64,000 nucleotides of DNA, from the NCBI RefSeq assembly GCF_016433145.1, contig NC_058134.1, positions 303,014,392 to 303,078,391 of the forward strand, read 5' to 3'. Shown piece after piece: positions 12,611-22,929 of the stretch. This DNA comes from Gracilinanus agilis. Its lineage: Eukaryota. How positions within the stretch are numbered: position 1 is the first letter of the stretch; each line of letters starts with the position of its first letter. The notes beneath the pieces are model-generated. The model was not told where the DNA came from. It was given only the letters and a program-made list of their open reading frames with translations, and ran no database searches. Both the position numbers and the translations under genes were made by a program.

Positions 12611-14036
12611 TGCTCACCTGACTTTCTGAGAGAGAGAGGCTATATTGGAGATGTTCATTGTCAACCAACCATGGACTTCTGACACAGACACTGGGTAGCA
12701 ACCTCCTCTGGAGTCTGGGCTACTTCATCCAGAAAATATGAATCCCAAGCCACCTCCTGTACTTGCCTCCCAAGGGGAAAGGAGCCTCCATTCCTAAGCC
12801 TTTAATCACATTGATGGCTGGGTCCATTTTGTAAAGAGCTTTGATCTCTTTGGATAAAAGCTGTCCTTGAAATGAAGAACTTGATGGTTATGTGTTACAG
12901 AAAGCTTTGAGGAGACAAGAGACAGAGACAGAAACAGAGACAGAGAAAGGAAAGAGACGAAAGATCAGGGGAGAGAGAGAATCTGGAAGTGTCATGCTCC
13001 CTTCTTTCTCTCCAGGTAGGACCCACAAGTGTTCATTTTCTGATTACTAGCCATAAGTTAAGTCTAGCACTTGTATACTATAGAATGTGTTGGGCGTAAT
13101 AGGTGTAGTTCCATCTTTGTAGAGTCAAAATATTTAGAATTGCCATTAGTGATCTTGAAACATAAAGTAAGTAGAGATTTTGACAAAGGGATTGTCAGAG
13201 CTTCAAGGGATCTTACAGAAGAACAAGAAAGACCTTAGAAAACAGGTTCTCAGAGCTGGTAAGGGCCTGAGAATAGGGATTGTCGAGAGTTGGGAGGAGC
13301 CTTGGAATAGGCAATAATATTAATAATAGGTCATGCTTCTATGACATTTTGAGAATTCCAAACAGATCTATTTAATGCCTAACATTCACTTTTAATTGGG
13401 AGCCACTCATAGCATCCTCACGGATGCCATCCTCACCTTTATGGACGAGGAGCTTGAAGACCAGGGTTTTATTTGTCCAAACAGCTTCACTCATCCATTC
13501 ATTCGCTGTGGACTGGGTCCCCAATTCACAAAGTATAAAGGCGAAGAAATACTTTTGGGTAATTCAGCAAGTCAAATTGCTGCCTAGAGTCCTGAGGGCC
13601 CCGGTGGGTTTCTCAGGGTGACAGAGCTAGGGTTTGTCAAAGCACGTCTTGAATCCGGGTCTTCAAGGCTTTGAGGCCATTTCTCCCTCTGCTGGCTACT
13701 CTCCTTCTCATTGGTCGTTATTATGATTACTACAATGAATATATCCTCAACAAAAGACTAATAAAGAATACTAGGAACAATATATGTTATATATCAATAA
13801 TAATATACTAGTTGTATATTAATAATAATAATAATACTAGTAATAATAATAAATGACATCTGTATAGCAGTTAGCAAGCTAGACAGTGCAAGTATATCCA
13901 AGATTGCCTTTTGTATTCAGGGCCTGGGCAGTGAACTCTCTCTGGTGAATGAACCCAGCAGAACTGGCTGCACCAAATTCAGAACAGCAATTGCCTAAGG
14001 GTGAGCCTGATAAAGCTTATCAAAACCTCAGACCAG

Positions 14037-14238
14037 GGGGCAGCTGGGTAGCTCAGTGGAGTGAGAGTCAGGCCTAGAGACAGGAGGTCCTAGGTTCAAA
14101 CCCGGCCTCAGCCACTTCCCAGCTGTGTGACCCTGGGCAAGTCACTTGACCCCCATTGCCCACCCTTACCAATCTTCCACCTAGGAGACAATACACCGAA
14201 GTACAAGGGTTTAAAAAAAAAAAAAAAAAAAAAAAAAA
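14037..14238 (+). mobile_element. Young SINE1_Mdo-type SINE with TSD and A26 tail
   Basis: TSD ctcagaccag (14027-14036 / 14239-14248); A box tagctcagtgg and B box ggttcaaaccc. Confidence 0.95.
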
Positions 14239-14829
14239 CTCAGACCAGGTACCCAACCACACGGAAGGGTCTGAGGCCCTTCAACAAGGAAATTGTGACA
14301 GTGAGAGATTTGGGGATCAGAACTCTCTTAAAGAGAAGTGACCTTAGAAAACATTAAGCCCAACCGCTTCATTTTACAGGTAAGGAAACTGAGACCCAGT
14401 GAGGAATAGGTTCTTACCCACAGTCACAGAGTCAGGATTCAAAGGTAGACTCCCCAACTCAATTCAGAGCTTTGTCTGCTGCCCCAATCTGTATAATTAA
14501 TATTGGGATGGGCAATCTGGAGATCTAAGACAACCAAAGGGATATTTCTGAAGTCCCTGCCCTGCCCTCCTTCTGAATTGGGCCCAGGGGCATAAAAAGT
14601 AGACACAGGCACAGTGGGCCAACCGTATTGAAGATTTAACTAATAAGATGCCACAATAAATCCACCCAAAGAGAGGGCTTCCACCTCAAGAAGACATCTT
14701 TAAGCAAAATTGGATAGCAAATTGTTGGGGACGCCAGAGAGGGAATTCTCACTTAAGATAGAATTGGACGAGAGTCTCCAAGCTTCTTTCTTGCTCTAAG
14801 CTTCTTTGAGCATCGAATAGCCTGGTTAA

Positions 14830-15060
14830 GGACAAAAGTTCTAACTTGAAAATCAGACGTCGCACACCTCAGACTCTTATCTGCTGGGTTACCCTGGGTA
14901 AGTCCCTTAATCTCTATTGGCCAGATGTTTCTTCGTGTATAAAATGAGGAATAATAAAAGCGCCTATCTCCCAGGATTGTGGTGCGGGTCCAATCAGATG
15001 TTTGTACAGTGCTTAGCACAGTGCCTGGCACATAGAAGGAGCTATTGAAGTGCCTATTCC
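14830..15060 (+). mobile_element. MIR fragment followed by an L2-like 3' end
   Basis: ccctgggtaagtcccttaatctct..gtataaaatgagg..; gtgcttagcacagtgcctggcacatag. Confidence 0.7.
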
Positions 15061-15367
15061 CTTCTTCTTCTTCTTTTTTTTTTTTATTTCCTTTTTTTTT
15101 TCTTCTCTTGCTGCTTATTGTTATCATTGCTATGGACTTTGACCCTCTGATGCCTTCTCAGCAAAGTGGGCAGGTCATTTTTTTAAATTTTATTTTACTA
15201 TTTACTCTGTGTGACTTCAGGTAAGTCCCTTCCATCCTCTGAGCCTCAGTTTACCCATTTGTCGGGGCCGCTAGAGCAGATGCGTCCTCCCGCCCCTCTG
15301 GGCCTCTTCTCCTAGGGCCGTCGGCCCCAGCGTGCTAAGAGCCACAATTGTGGCCTGGGAACGGCGG

Positions 15368-15397
15368 CTGACGCGATTTCTCTTTGTCCATCTGCAG
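15368..15397 (+). promoter_or_regulatory. Branch point, polypyrimidine tract and 3' splice site of the TAFA5 last intron
   Basis: CTGAC at 15368-15372 (branch A 15371), pyrimidine tract tttctctttgtccatct, and CAG ending at 15397. Confidence 0.8.
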
Positions 15398-15406
15398 GTC
15401 TCCTGA
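15398..15406 (+). CDS. TAFA5: TAFA5 (FAM19A5) terminal coding exon: last two codons plus stop (V-S-*)
   Basis: Strong acceptor tttctctttgtccatctgcag|GTC TCC TGA. I recall human TAFA5 ending ...IKTTTVS* with VS* on the last exon. The downstream UTR blocks match my recollection of the human TAFA5 3'UTR. No upstream TAFA5 exon (QWCDMLPC...) appears in the ORF track, so it lies before the window. Confidence 0.85.
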   Translation, partial: VS

Positions 15407-16416
15407 CAGCCGCAGCATGAGCGAGCGAGCGCGTGATCTCCTGGGGACGACGGCTTTAGGCTCCGCATGAGCTCCTTCCCTTAGTCAAGTTTCTTCCACC
15501 GTGGATCATCGCCCGCCCGTTGTACGTCCCTTCCCGCCACCGTCTGTTTCTCTGTAGCTCATCCCGAACAGCCTCCTCGTCCGACTGCCGCCATGCGCTC
15601 CAGTCCGTCCGGCCATCCACGGAGCACTGAACTAGGGAGCAGAGGGAGCGGAGAGAAGCTCGGGCGTTAGCGTTAGCGCCAGCGAGGCCGCCCAGCTGCT
15701 GGACTCCATGTGACCCACGGGGTCTCCTGGGAGGAGCCGCCTTAGAGAAGACTGTTTTGTCAATGGGGGGACACTCGGGCGCAAGAGAGAGTCTCTCCTC
15801 CTGCCCTGGACTGTCTGAGTCGCTTTTATTTTCTTATACTTTCAGTATATACAATAGACCAAAGAGCAAAATCTATTTTAAAGAGGACACAATCTTATTG
15901 TTAAAGTTATCCGGGTTAAATTGTAGCGGGGAGGTCGGGGTGGGGGGAGGGAGCCCACGCGCGAAGGAATCCTGGGGTCGGGAGCCGGCCGGGCGGACGC
16001 GGCCGCGGCTGTCCAGCAGATCGGGCGTCTCTGCCGAGGGCACTCTGCAGTCGGGAGTCCAGGGAACTGCACCCTTGGGAGAGGCTCGCCTCGGAGGAAT
16101 GCCCACGGAGCATGGAGAGTCAGTAGCCGCCGTTCTAGACACGAGCAAAGAGACTTCCGTCGAACACAGACTCGCCGCCGCGGCCGCGGCCCCTTTAGCC
16201 CTCTGTACTTAGATTGACTTTATCGTACTAAAAATCATTTTCCGTTTTAACCAGTTAAACATGCCTCTTCTACCGTTCCATTTTTGATAGTTGGATAATC
16301 CAGTATTTGCAAAGAGCATGTTTGGTCTCCTGTGACCTCTGTCTCATCCGATGCACCATTTAGCACCAGAAAGCAAATTAAAGGAAAAAAAAAGTAACAC
16401 TTGTTTGAAAGAGATC

Positions 16417-16422
16417 ATTAAA
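16417..16422 (+). terminator. Candidate proximal polyadenylation signal ATTAAA
   Basis: ATTAAA inside a conserved-looking block (gagatcATTAAAtgtattttg), followed ~25-65 nt later by a U/GU-rich element (tatatttaacagtttttatatgttgtatatttgt). Confidence 0.55.
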
Positions 16423-17597
16423 TGTATTTTGAAAATCCTAAAGTTATATATTTAACAGTTTTTATATGTTGTATATTTGTAGAGAAAACTATTTAACAAT
16501 TAACGTGGTAGCTGGCGCAGGCCCGAGGAACAGTCCCACTCCCGCTGGGCTTCCTAAACCCCACAGGCCGGGGAGGACCCTTGCGGAAAGTCACCACTCC
16601 TGTCCTGTCGTTGATGCCGCTGCAAGGCACCCGACCATCACACACTGGTGGAAGATGGGGCTTCTTTTAGGTTTGTCTTTGGAAAGGGGGGGGGAGGGCT
16701 CTCTGTACTGCTCAAATTTGGGTGTAAAATAGTTTAATCACGCCTTTTCCAACTAAGTTACTCCCCCCCCCCTTTTCTTGCCCCCCCACCTCGGCCCAAG
16801 AGTATGCTTTTCCGTTGGTCGGCAGCTCGATCCCGCGCCCCCATCTTCCAAAGTATTTAGCCTTAGTATTATCGGGTAGGGAAGAATTGACACTGGGGAA
16901 AGAAGCCAAGAGCCAGAGGGATGCTGAGCTCTGGTACCCATCTCTACTCACACTGGGGATGAGAAGAGATCACGAGAGCTGATGGATCTCCAGCTCTGGG
17001 GTCCCCTTCTCCCTGGCACTGAATTAGAAGCTGATTCCCACGCCCTCTCGGAGTTCCCACTGTAGTATACTACCTATTAGTCCAATTAACATTAGGATTA
17101 TCTTAGATCTATGCTATTAAGAGAAAGCATTTAGGGGATGGTCAAGAAACCATAGACTAAAGCGCAATTTGATTCCAGCCTGTTCCCGCGTCCTAGGGGA
17201 CCTGACTTCAACAGGCAACAATCATGAATTTAGAGGTTATCGCTGAGGCAACCCAATGTATATGATGTTTTATTTTCCCTTCCTCAAATTGTGTAACAGG
17301 TCTGACCTGTATCCGAATAGCGGTTAGCACCATCCCTCGCTGCCGTGTGCTCTATGCCGTGTAATGCAGGATGGCCCTCCTGCCCCACAGAGGACCCACA
17401 ACGGGTTTCACATCACTGAGGGTCCTGGGAGATGTGTTGACCCAGGCTATCTCCTCCTTCCTCTCACCTCTGGTTGTTTCTTTCCGAAGAGAGTGTAGTC
17501 GCCTTATTTAGCAAAGACCGAGACAATTTAAGATGTTACAACATTTTCTGTTGCTTTACAATATTCAGTTTTTGTGTTGATTCCGCTAAATTATGGA

Positions 17598-17603
17598 AAT
17601 AAA
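17598..17603 (+). terminator. Distal polyadenylation signal AATAAA of TAFA5
   Basis: AATAAA at the end of the last conserved-looking UTR block. It has a U/GU-rich stretch upstream and ttttgtt downstream (~17631). Confidence 0.75.
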
Positions 17604-18375
17604 GAAAAAAAATCCTTTTATAAGCGAGCGTTTTGTTCCCTAGCCTTGACATGCACACAGAGGGAACGGTGGCAGAGTCTGGGGGCAGTGGAGAACGAGG
17701 GGCCTCGGGGAAAGAGCCCAGTGTGAGCCGAGGGCCAGGCGCCTTTTAGATGCCACCTTCTGGTGATGGCAGCCAACCTTTGACTTTCTTTGACCAAGCA
17801 AGAGGACACCTTGAACAGGCCCTCCAGGAAAAGGAGCTCATCCAACCCGATTCGGCCTTAGAACCAACACAGGTTAAATGAGGGTATCCCTGGGTTGGTC
17901 CCTTATGTATCAGTATGCCATGAGTTCTATTCGTATCCAAGGACTGGATGAAGTGGATGCACCACCATGAGGGGCCGGGGAGATTCAGCTGCACTATTGT
18001 TTGGGGTCCTTTCTCTGTGCCTTGCTCTGCTCTCTTTCACAGGTTTGGCTGCCTTCATCTCTCAACTGGACTGAGTGTCCGAACACTTGAAATGCAGACT
18101 CTGACATTCTGTTGAATCCCTAGGCTGAGTAGGGTGGGGTGGTGGTAGAGGGGCTAAGTTGGATATACCTCTTTCCTGCAGTGATATCTGGTGTTCTCTT
18201 TGGAAAGATGAATTGTAAGTGATAACTTTTCTTTCTTTGCTTTTTAAACCACCTCACTTTGTCTTGGCATCTCTCTTCCTCCCCCCTTGATCCCTCCGGT
18301 ATACATCTATGGATATGGGATAGAAAAGGGATGACGGGTGCATACACATCATTCACATGTATATATGGAGACATC

Positions 18376-18730
18376 ATACATACATAATATCTATATGGAA
18401 GGAGAAACCCAGCAAAAACAATCAATACATGAAAAAAATCTGGAAATCTATTCATTCCACACTAGTGCATCTCCTACTTCAAAGGATTTTCTTTTACTTA
18501 TTTTCTTTGGGAGCCACATTCATTCTTTGTAATTTTTCAACACTCATTTCCGATTTTTTTATAGAGGTTATTCTTTTCATTTGCCTTGCTGTAGTTGCTG
18601 TATACATCATTTTCTTGGTTCTGCTGACTTCATTTAGCATCAGTTAGTATAGATATTTCTATGCTTCTCTGTATTCGCCACACATATCATTTCTTATAAC
18701 ATAGTAATATTCCGTTACACTTATGTCTAT
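18376..18730 (-). mobile_element. Old marsupial L1 3' region fragment
   Basis: tttcttggttctgctgacttcatttagcatcagtt..tcatttcttataacatagtaatattcc is typical of antisense marsupial L1 3' ends. Confidence 0.65.
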
Positions 18731-19249
18731 TTTTACTTCATTCTAAGACTTAGACATTTTATATTTTAAGACACCTCCCAGCTCCAACGTCCCCTATTCT
18801 AAAGGTCCTCCCAACCCTGAGATTCCCTGTTCTTAGGCCCCTCCCATCTCTTATTCCTCTAATACTCTGAATGTGTCGTTATTATGATTTTCTCTTTAGA
18901 CCCTGACATCTTGAGCAGAATATCAGATTTCCACAGAACCAAGTTGATCAGATGTGATTTTCCCAGCTCTGAGGCTGTTTGTTTCTTCACTTTCATTTCT
19001 ATTTAGTTATTCAAATAGTCATTGATCTAGAGCTAGAAAGAAGGAACCTCAGAGTCATTTAATCCAACTATCAGTTTTTTTAAAGGAGGAAACAGAATTT
19101 GCTCCAGGTTGCCCAGGGGCAAATGATTATAAGTGGCAAACTCTGGATTTGAAGCCAGGGCCTTCCCCCTCCCTCAGACTGTATGTGTTCCTTTGGGGTC
19201 ATTCATCCCTGAATTAAGAGATGATGCTAATTGCTTTCCTGTACCACTC

Positions 19250-19636
19250 ACTCACTCAAAACTGTGTATTGGTTCCAAGGCAGAAGAGTGGTAAGGGTAG
19301 GCAATGGGGGTCAAGTGACATGCCCAGGGTCACACAGCTGGGAAGTGTCTGAGGCCAGATTTGAACCTAGGACCTCCCGTCTCTAGGCCTGGTTCTCAAT
19401 CCACTGAGCTACCCAGCTGCCCCCTTCTTCTTCTTCTTCTTCTTTTTAATTATTAAAACCCTTACCTTCTGTCTTAGAATTGGTTCTAAGGCAGAAAAGT
19501 AGTAAGGGCTAAGCAATGGGAGTTAAGTGACTTGCCCAGGGTCACACAGCTAGGAAGTATCTGAGGCCAGTTTCAAACCCAGGACCTTCAGGCTCTGGGC
19601 CTGGCTCTCAATCCACTGAGCCACCTAGCTGTCCCT
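19250..19636 (-). mobile_element. Head-to-tail pair of SINE1_Mdo-type SINEs
   Basis: Two complete heads on the minus strand (at ~19425 and ~19636), joined by an (AAG)n tail. The pair is flanked by ctgtaccactc at 19239-19249 and 19637-19647. Confidence 0.9.
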
Positions 19637-20019
19637 CTGTACCACTCTTCTTGCCCTAGAAGAAATATCTTTGGAGACCATAAATGTTAGCAGAAGGAGT
19701 TCTTAGCCAGAGTGAGAGATTTTGGATAATGGTTTCAAACTAGTACTTGAAAAAATGGACATACGGTTATTATATGTAATTAAGAATTTTAAAAAATGAC
19801 CATAAGAAGAGGGCAGCTGGTTTTAAATTATAGGTAATTAGTTGTTTTTTTGTTTTGTTTTGTTTTGTTTTTAATGGCCTGTGTGGTATGGAGATAATAG
19901 TCTAAAAGTTGGAAAAGAAACCTATTGTAATTTAGTTTAGGAGATAAGTATTCATTTAAAAAAACATCCAGACATGGACAGGTTCAACCTCTGGTCCAAC
20001 CTCTACCCTGGTTCAACCT

Positions 20020-21330
20020 CTCTACCCAAATTGAATCTGCATTCTAACATACCAGACAAGTGATCATCTAGCCTCTACCTGAAACCCTCCAGAGAGACAG
20101 ATCCACCATCTCTCAAGGCAGCCCAGGCTACTTTTGGAAAGCTTTAAATTATAGGAAATATTTTCCTAACATCAAGCCTAAACTCACCTTCCTTCCAGTT
20201 CTACCTAAAATGGACCTGCTAGTTCTGTGTGGATGCTCAGAACAACTCTTGCTCATTGAATACTTGAAGAAAGCTACCATATTTGCCTAAATATTCTCTA
20301 TGCTAAACATTGTCATTTCCTTCCATTGATTCCTTTATGACATGGACTTCTGGCCCTTCGCTAGTCTAATACTTCTTCTCTGAATGTTCTCCATCATGTC
20401 AACGTCCTTTTTAAACTATAGTGCCCAGAACTGAACACCGCATCTCCACATGCCATCCACTGAGGCTGAGAACAGTGGAACTGTCACTGTTTCTGAGCTG
20501 GAAGAGGAACTCAGAAGCCTTCTACTAACATGCACCTGATATCATTTCCACATTCCCGAGGTCCTCGTCTTTCTTGATACCATGTAAGATCTCATTCACT
20601 TTTTCTGGCTTCCACATGAAACTCCTCTCTCATATTGAGTTCATAGTCTATCAAAAAATCTTCAAGTTTGTTTTAGCTCAATTCCTGTCTAACCAACCTT
20701 CCCCAACTCTGTAAATTTATTTCTATTGAGTTTCATCTTACTAGATACAGTCTAATAATCTAGCTGTCAAGATAATTTGAAATCCTAATTGTCTTCCAGT
20801 ATCCAAGCTATCTTGTCTACCATAAGTGATATCTCCAAACTTTCTGAATATGTTACATATGTCTTTACACAAGTCACTGATGAACATGTTAAACATCACA
20901 GGGCTGAGCACAGATCCTTTGGGCACTCTACTAGAGACCTCCTACAACATTAATTCCAAGGCTAATCTTAGAGTCCAACTATTCATCCAGTTCTGAGTCC
21001 ATTCATTTGTATCAATGTCTAATCCATAACACTCCATCTTCTGCAGAAGAATCCGTCGTATACCTTAGCAAAAGGTTTCCTGAAATTGAGGTGAACTCTA
21101 GCTTTACAATCCTGCCAGTGTCCCAAGTCAATAATCCTATCAAAAATAGAAGGTTAATTTGGTTTGACTTATTCATTAATGAATACCAACTTGCTCCTGC
21201 TTACTACTATTTCCTTTTCAAGATATTCACTGATCATCACTGACCATACCTTTAATGTGTTATTCTAAAATTTTCCCAGAAATTATACTCACTGAGTATA
21301 CTCACTAGAGATTGGAGACTGTGTTTTTTC
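20020..21330 (-). mobile_element. L3/CR1 LINE relic including a reverse-transcriptase segment
   Basis: The minus-strand ORF 20741-20926 (PKGSVLSPVMFNMFISDLCKDICNIFRKFGD) matches the CR1 RT motif PQGSVLGPVLFNIFINDL..SKFADD. CR1 3'-region sequence lies to the left. Confidence 0.8.
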
Positions 21331-22929
21331 CTTCTTTTTTTTCTGGTCAATCAGGACCTTCATCCATCTCCAATCCCAGAACACTTCTCCCAATGAAGTC
21401 TATTTTTAACCATTTATGACTAAGGTCCTCTTTACCAAGCCCCAAAGTGGGACTTTGCTTGAAGACCACAAATGAGTGGTGGATATATTACCCTCCGAGA
21501 CAAGCTCTCCACTTTGGGACAACTTTTCATTGTTAAGGCTTTTCCCATTCATTATTATTTACTAATATATTTGTTGATTTATTCATAGTTATTAATATAA
21601 AATTAATGAATGAATATCAATAACAACATTTAAATAGTGTTTTAAATTTTACACAATCCTTTACAAATATTATTTCACCAAAGTGCTATTTTTATTCTCA
21701 TCTTACAATTGAGGAAACAGAGGCATACAATATTTGATTGATTTTCCCAGGGTTACAAAGCTAACAAGTGTCAGAGGTTAATTTTAAATGGCGGTCTTTC
21801 AGATTCCAAGTCCAACATTCTACCCACTACTTCTCATTGTCCCTGGGGTGACACAAATGATGCAGCTATATATGTACTGCTTCCAAAGTAGCAATTGCAA
21901 TGCTAATAATATCACAATAATGTGATGCAAGTATGCTGAATAAAGAGGCAGTCTTGGACTCAAAAAGACTTAAGTTCAAATACTGCCTCTGATAAATACT
22001 GTCTGTGTGACTCTGAGAAAGCCATTTACCTCTCAGCACCCCCAAATAGCTCTAATAATGTAAGTTGTGTAGAGTTTCCTTGCTAGTCAGTAATAGATTC
22101 TGACTATTATTATTTTTTTTAAATCTCACATGCTATTTATCCCATATTAGAGCATTTTAATATGTTTACTCCATAAGTCAGTAGAATGAGTATTATTCCC
22201 AGGATACAGATAAGGTAACAGAGACTTCAAGAGGGGAGATGATTGGCCCCAAAACAACATCACCACTTTTCTTCTGTTTTTGTGGTTGTTTTTCCCCCCC
22301 TTTTGTTCACAAGGAGTTGCTGTTGTTCAGGGTGGCAAACTTCTAGTTGTGGCTGAGGGATCATTTCAAAAATGTCCTCCCTTGACCACCATCGGCTTTT
22401 CCATCCCATGTACCTGAAGGTCTTCAAGCAGAAGTCCCAGGACTCTATTTTAGGGATTTTTGGATGCCAAGACTAAGAGGAAGGAGGAGAGGATGGCCTC
22501 TATTTTCAAGGTGTTTTTTTCAATATTTTCTAGAAATGGGAGAGAATAGGCTTTCCGGCAAGGTAAATTTATTTTTTAATTCCATTTCATTTTAATCTCA
22601 GTTTCAACTACTCTTTCCTCTTCCTTCCCCTTTGAGAAAGCAAGACAAACAAAACTCATTACAAATCTGTAGTTATACAAAACATATTTTCACATTCAGA
22701 AAAGAGGAGTGAAAAGCAGATGATAGGAGAGGAGAGGGTAAGTCAGCCTTCTAAACCCAAAAGCTCTCTCCTTGGCAGTAGGGATCTCTGTAGCCTTCAT
22801 CCAGAAGGACAAAACAGACGTCAAAACATTGATATTGCGGCCTTTGGGCCAAAGAGACTGTAATGCTGAATATATCCTAGCTGGGATCTCAGAGGCCATG
22901 TGGCTCAACCCACACCTGAGCAGAATTTT

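Larger units (their letters stand above)
15260..16200. promoter_or_regulatory. CpG island-like region over the TAFA5 terminal exon
   Basis: Visibly GC-rich with dense CpG (gcgagcgagcgcgtg, cgccgccgcggccgcgg, ccggccgggcggacgcggccgcgg), against a strongly CpG-depleted background. CpG obs/exp was not computed. Confidence 0.75.
15407..17622 (+). other. TAFA5: TAFA5 3'UTR (long form, ~2.2 kb)
   Basis: Blocks matching the recalled human UTR: gcttttattttcttatactttcagtata..agaccaaagagcaaaatctat (~15822-15875); cctctgtacttagat..aaccagttaaacatgcctcttctac..tttttgatagttggataatccagtat..gtaacacttgtttgaaagagatcattaaatgtattttg (~16200-16510); tactacctattagtccaattaacat (~17068-17092); gatttaagatgttac..ttgtgttgatt..ctaaattatg.aaataaagaaaaaaa (~17525-17612). 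The 3' end is estimated ~20 nt past the AATAAA. Confidence 0.8.

Noticed and set aside
15399-15470. Alternative reading frames of the terminal exon (GLLTAAA* or SPDSRSMSERARDLLGTTALGSA*)
   Set aside because: Neither matches a protein I recognise. The phase-0 V-S-stop fits TAFA5 and agrees with the UTR identity.
16355-16375. tagcacca resembling the 5' end of miR-29 (also at ~17324)
   Set aside because: Only the first 8 nt match. There is no mature-sequence match and no precursor hairpin.
18740-18880. Degenerate short tandem units (ccagctc..attct..aaggtc/ccct)
   Set aside because: They resemble decayed tandem copies of the MIR3/L3 3' terminal motif, a common pattern.
21441-21518. 10-bp inverted repeat CCCAAAGTGG/CCACTTTGGG as a pre-miRNA
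   Set aside because: The interior pairs poorly and asymmetrically. A few such repeats are expected by chance in 64 kb.
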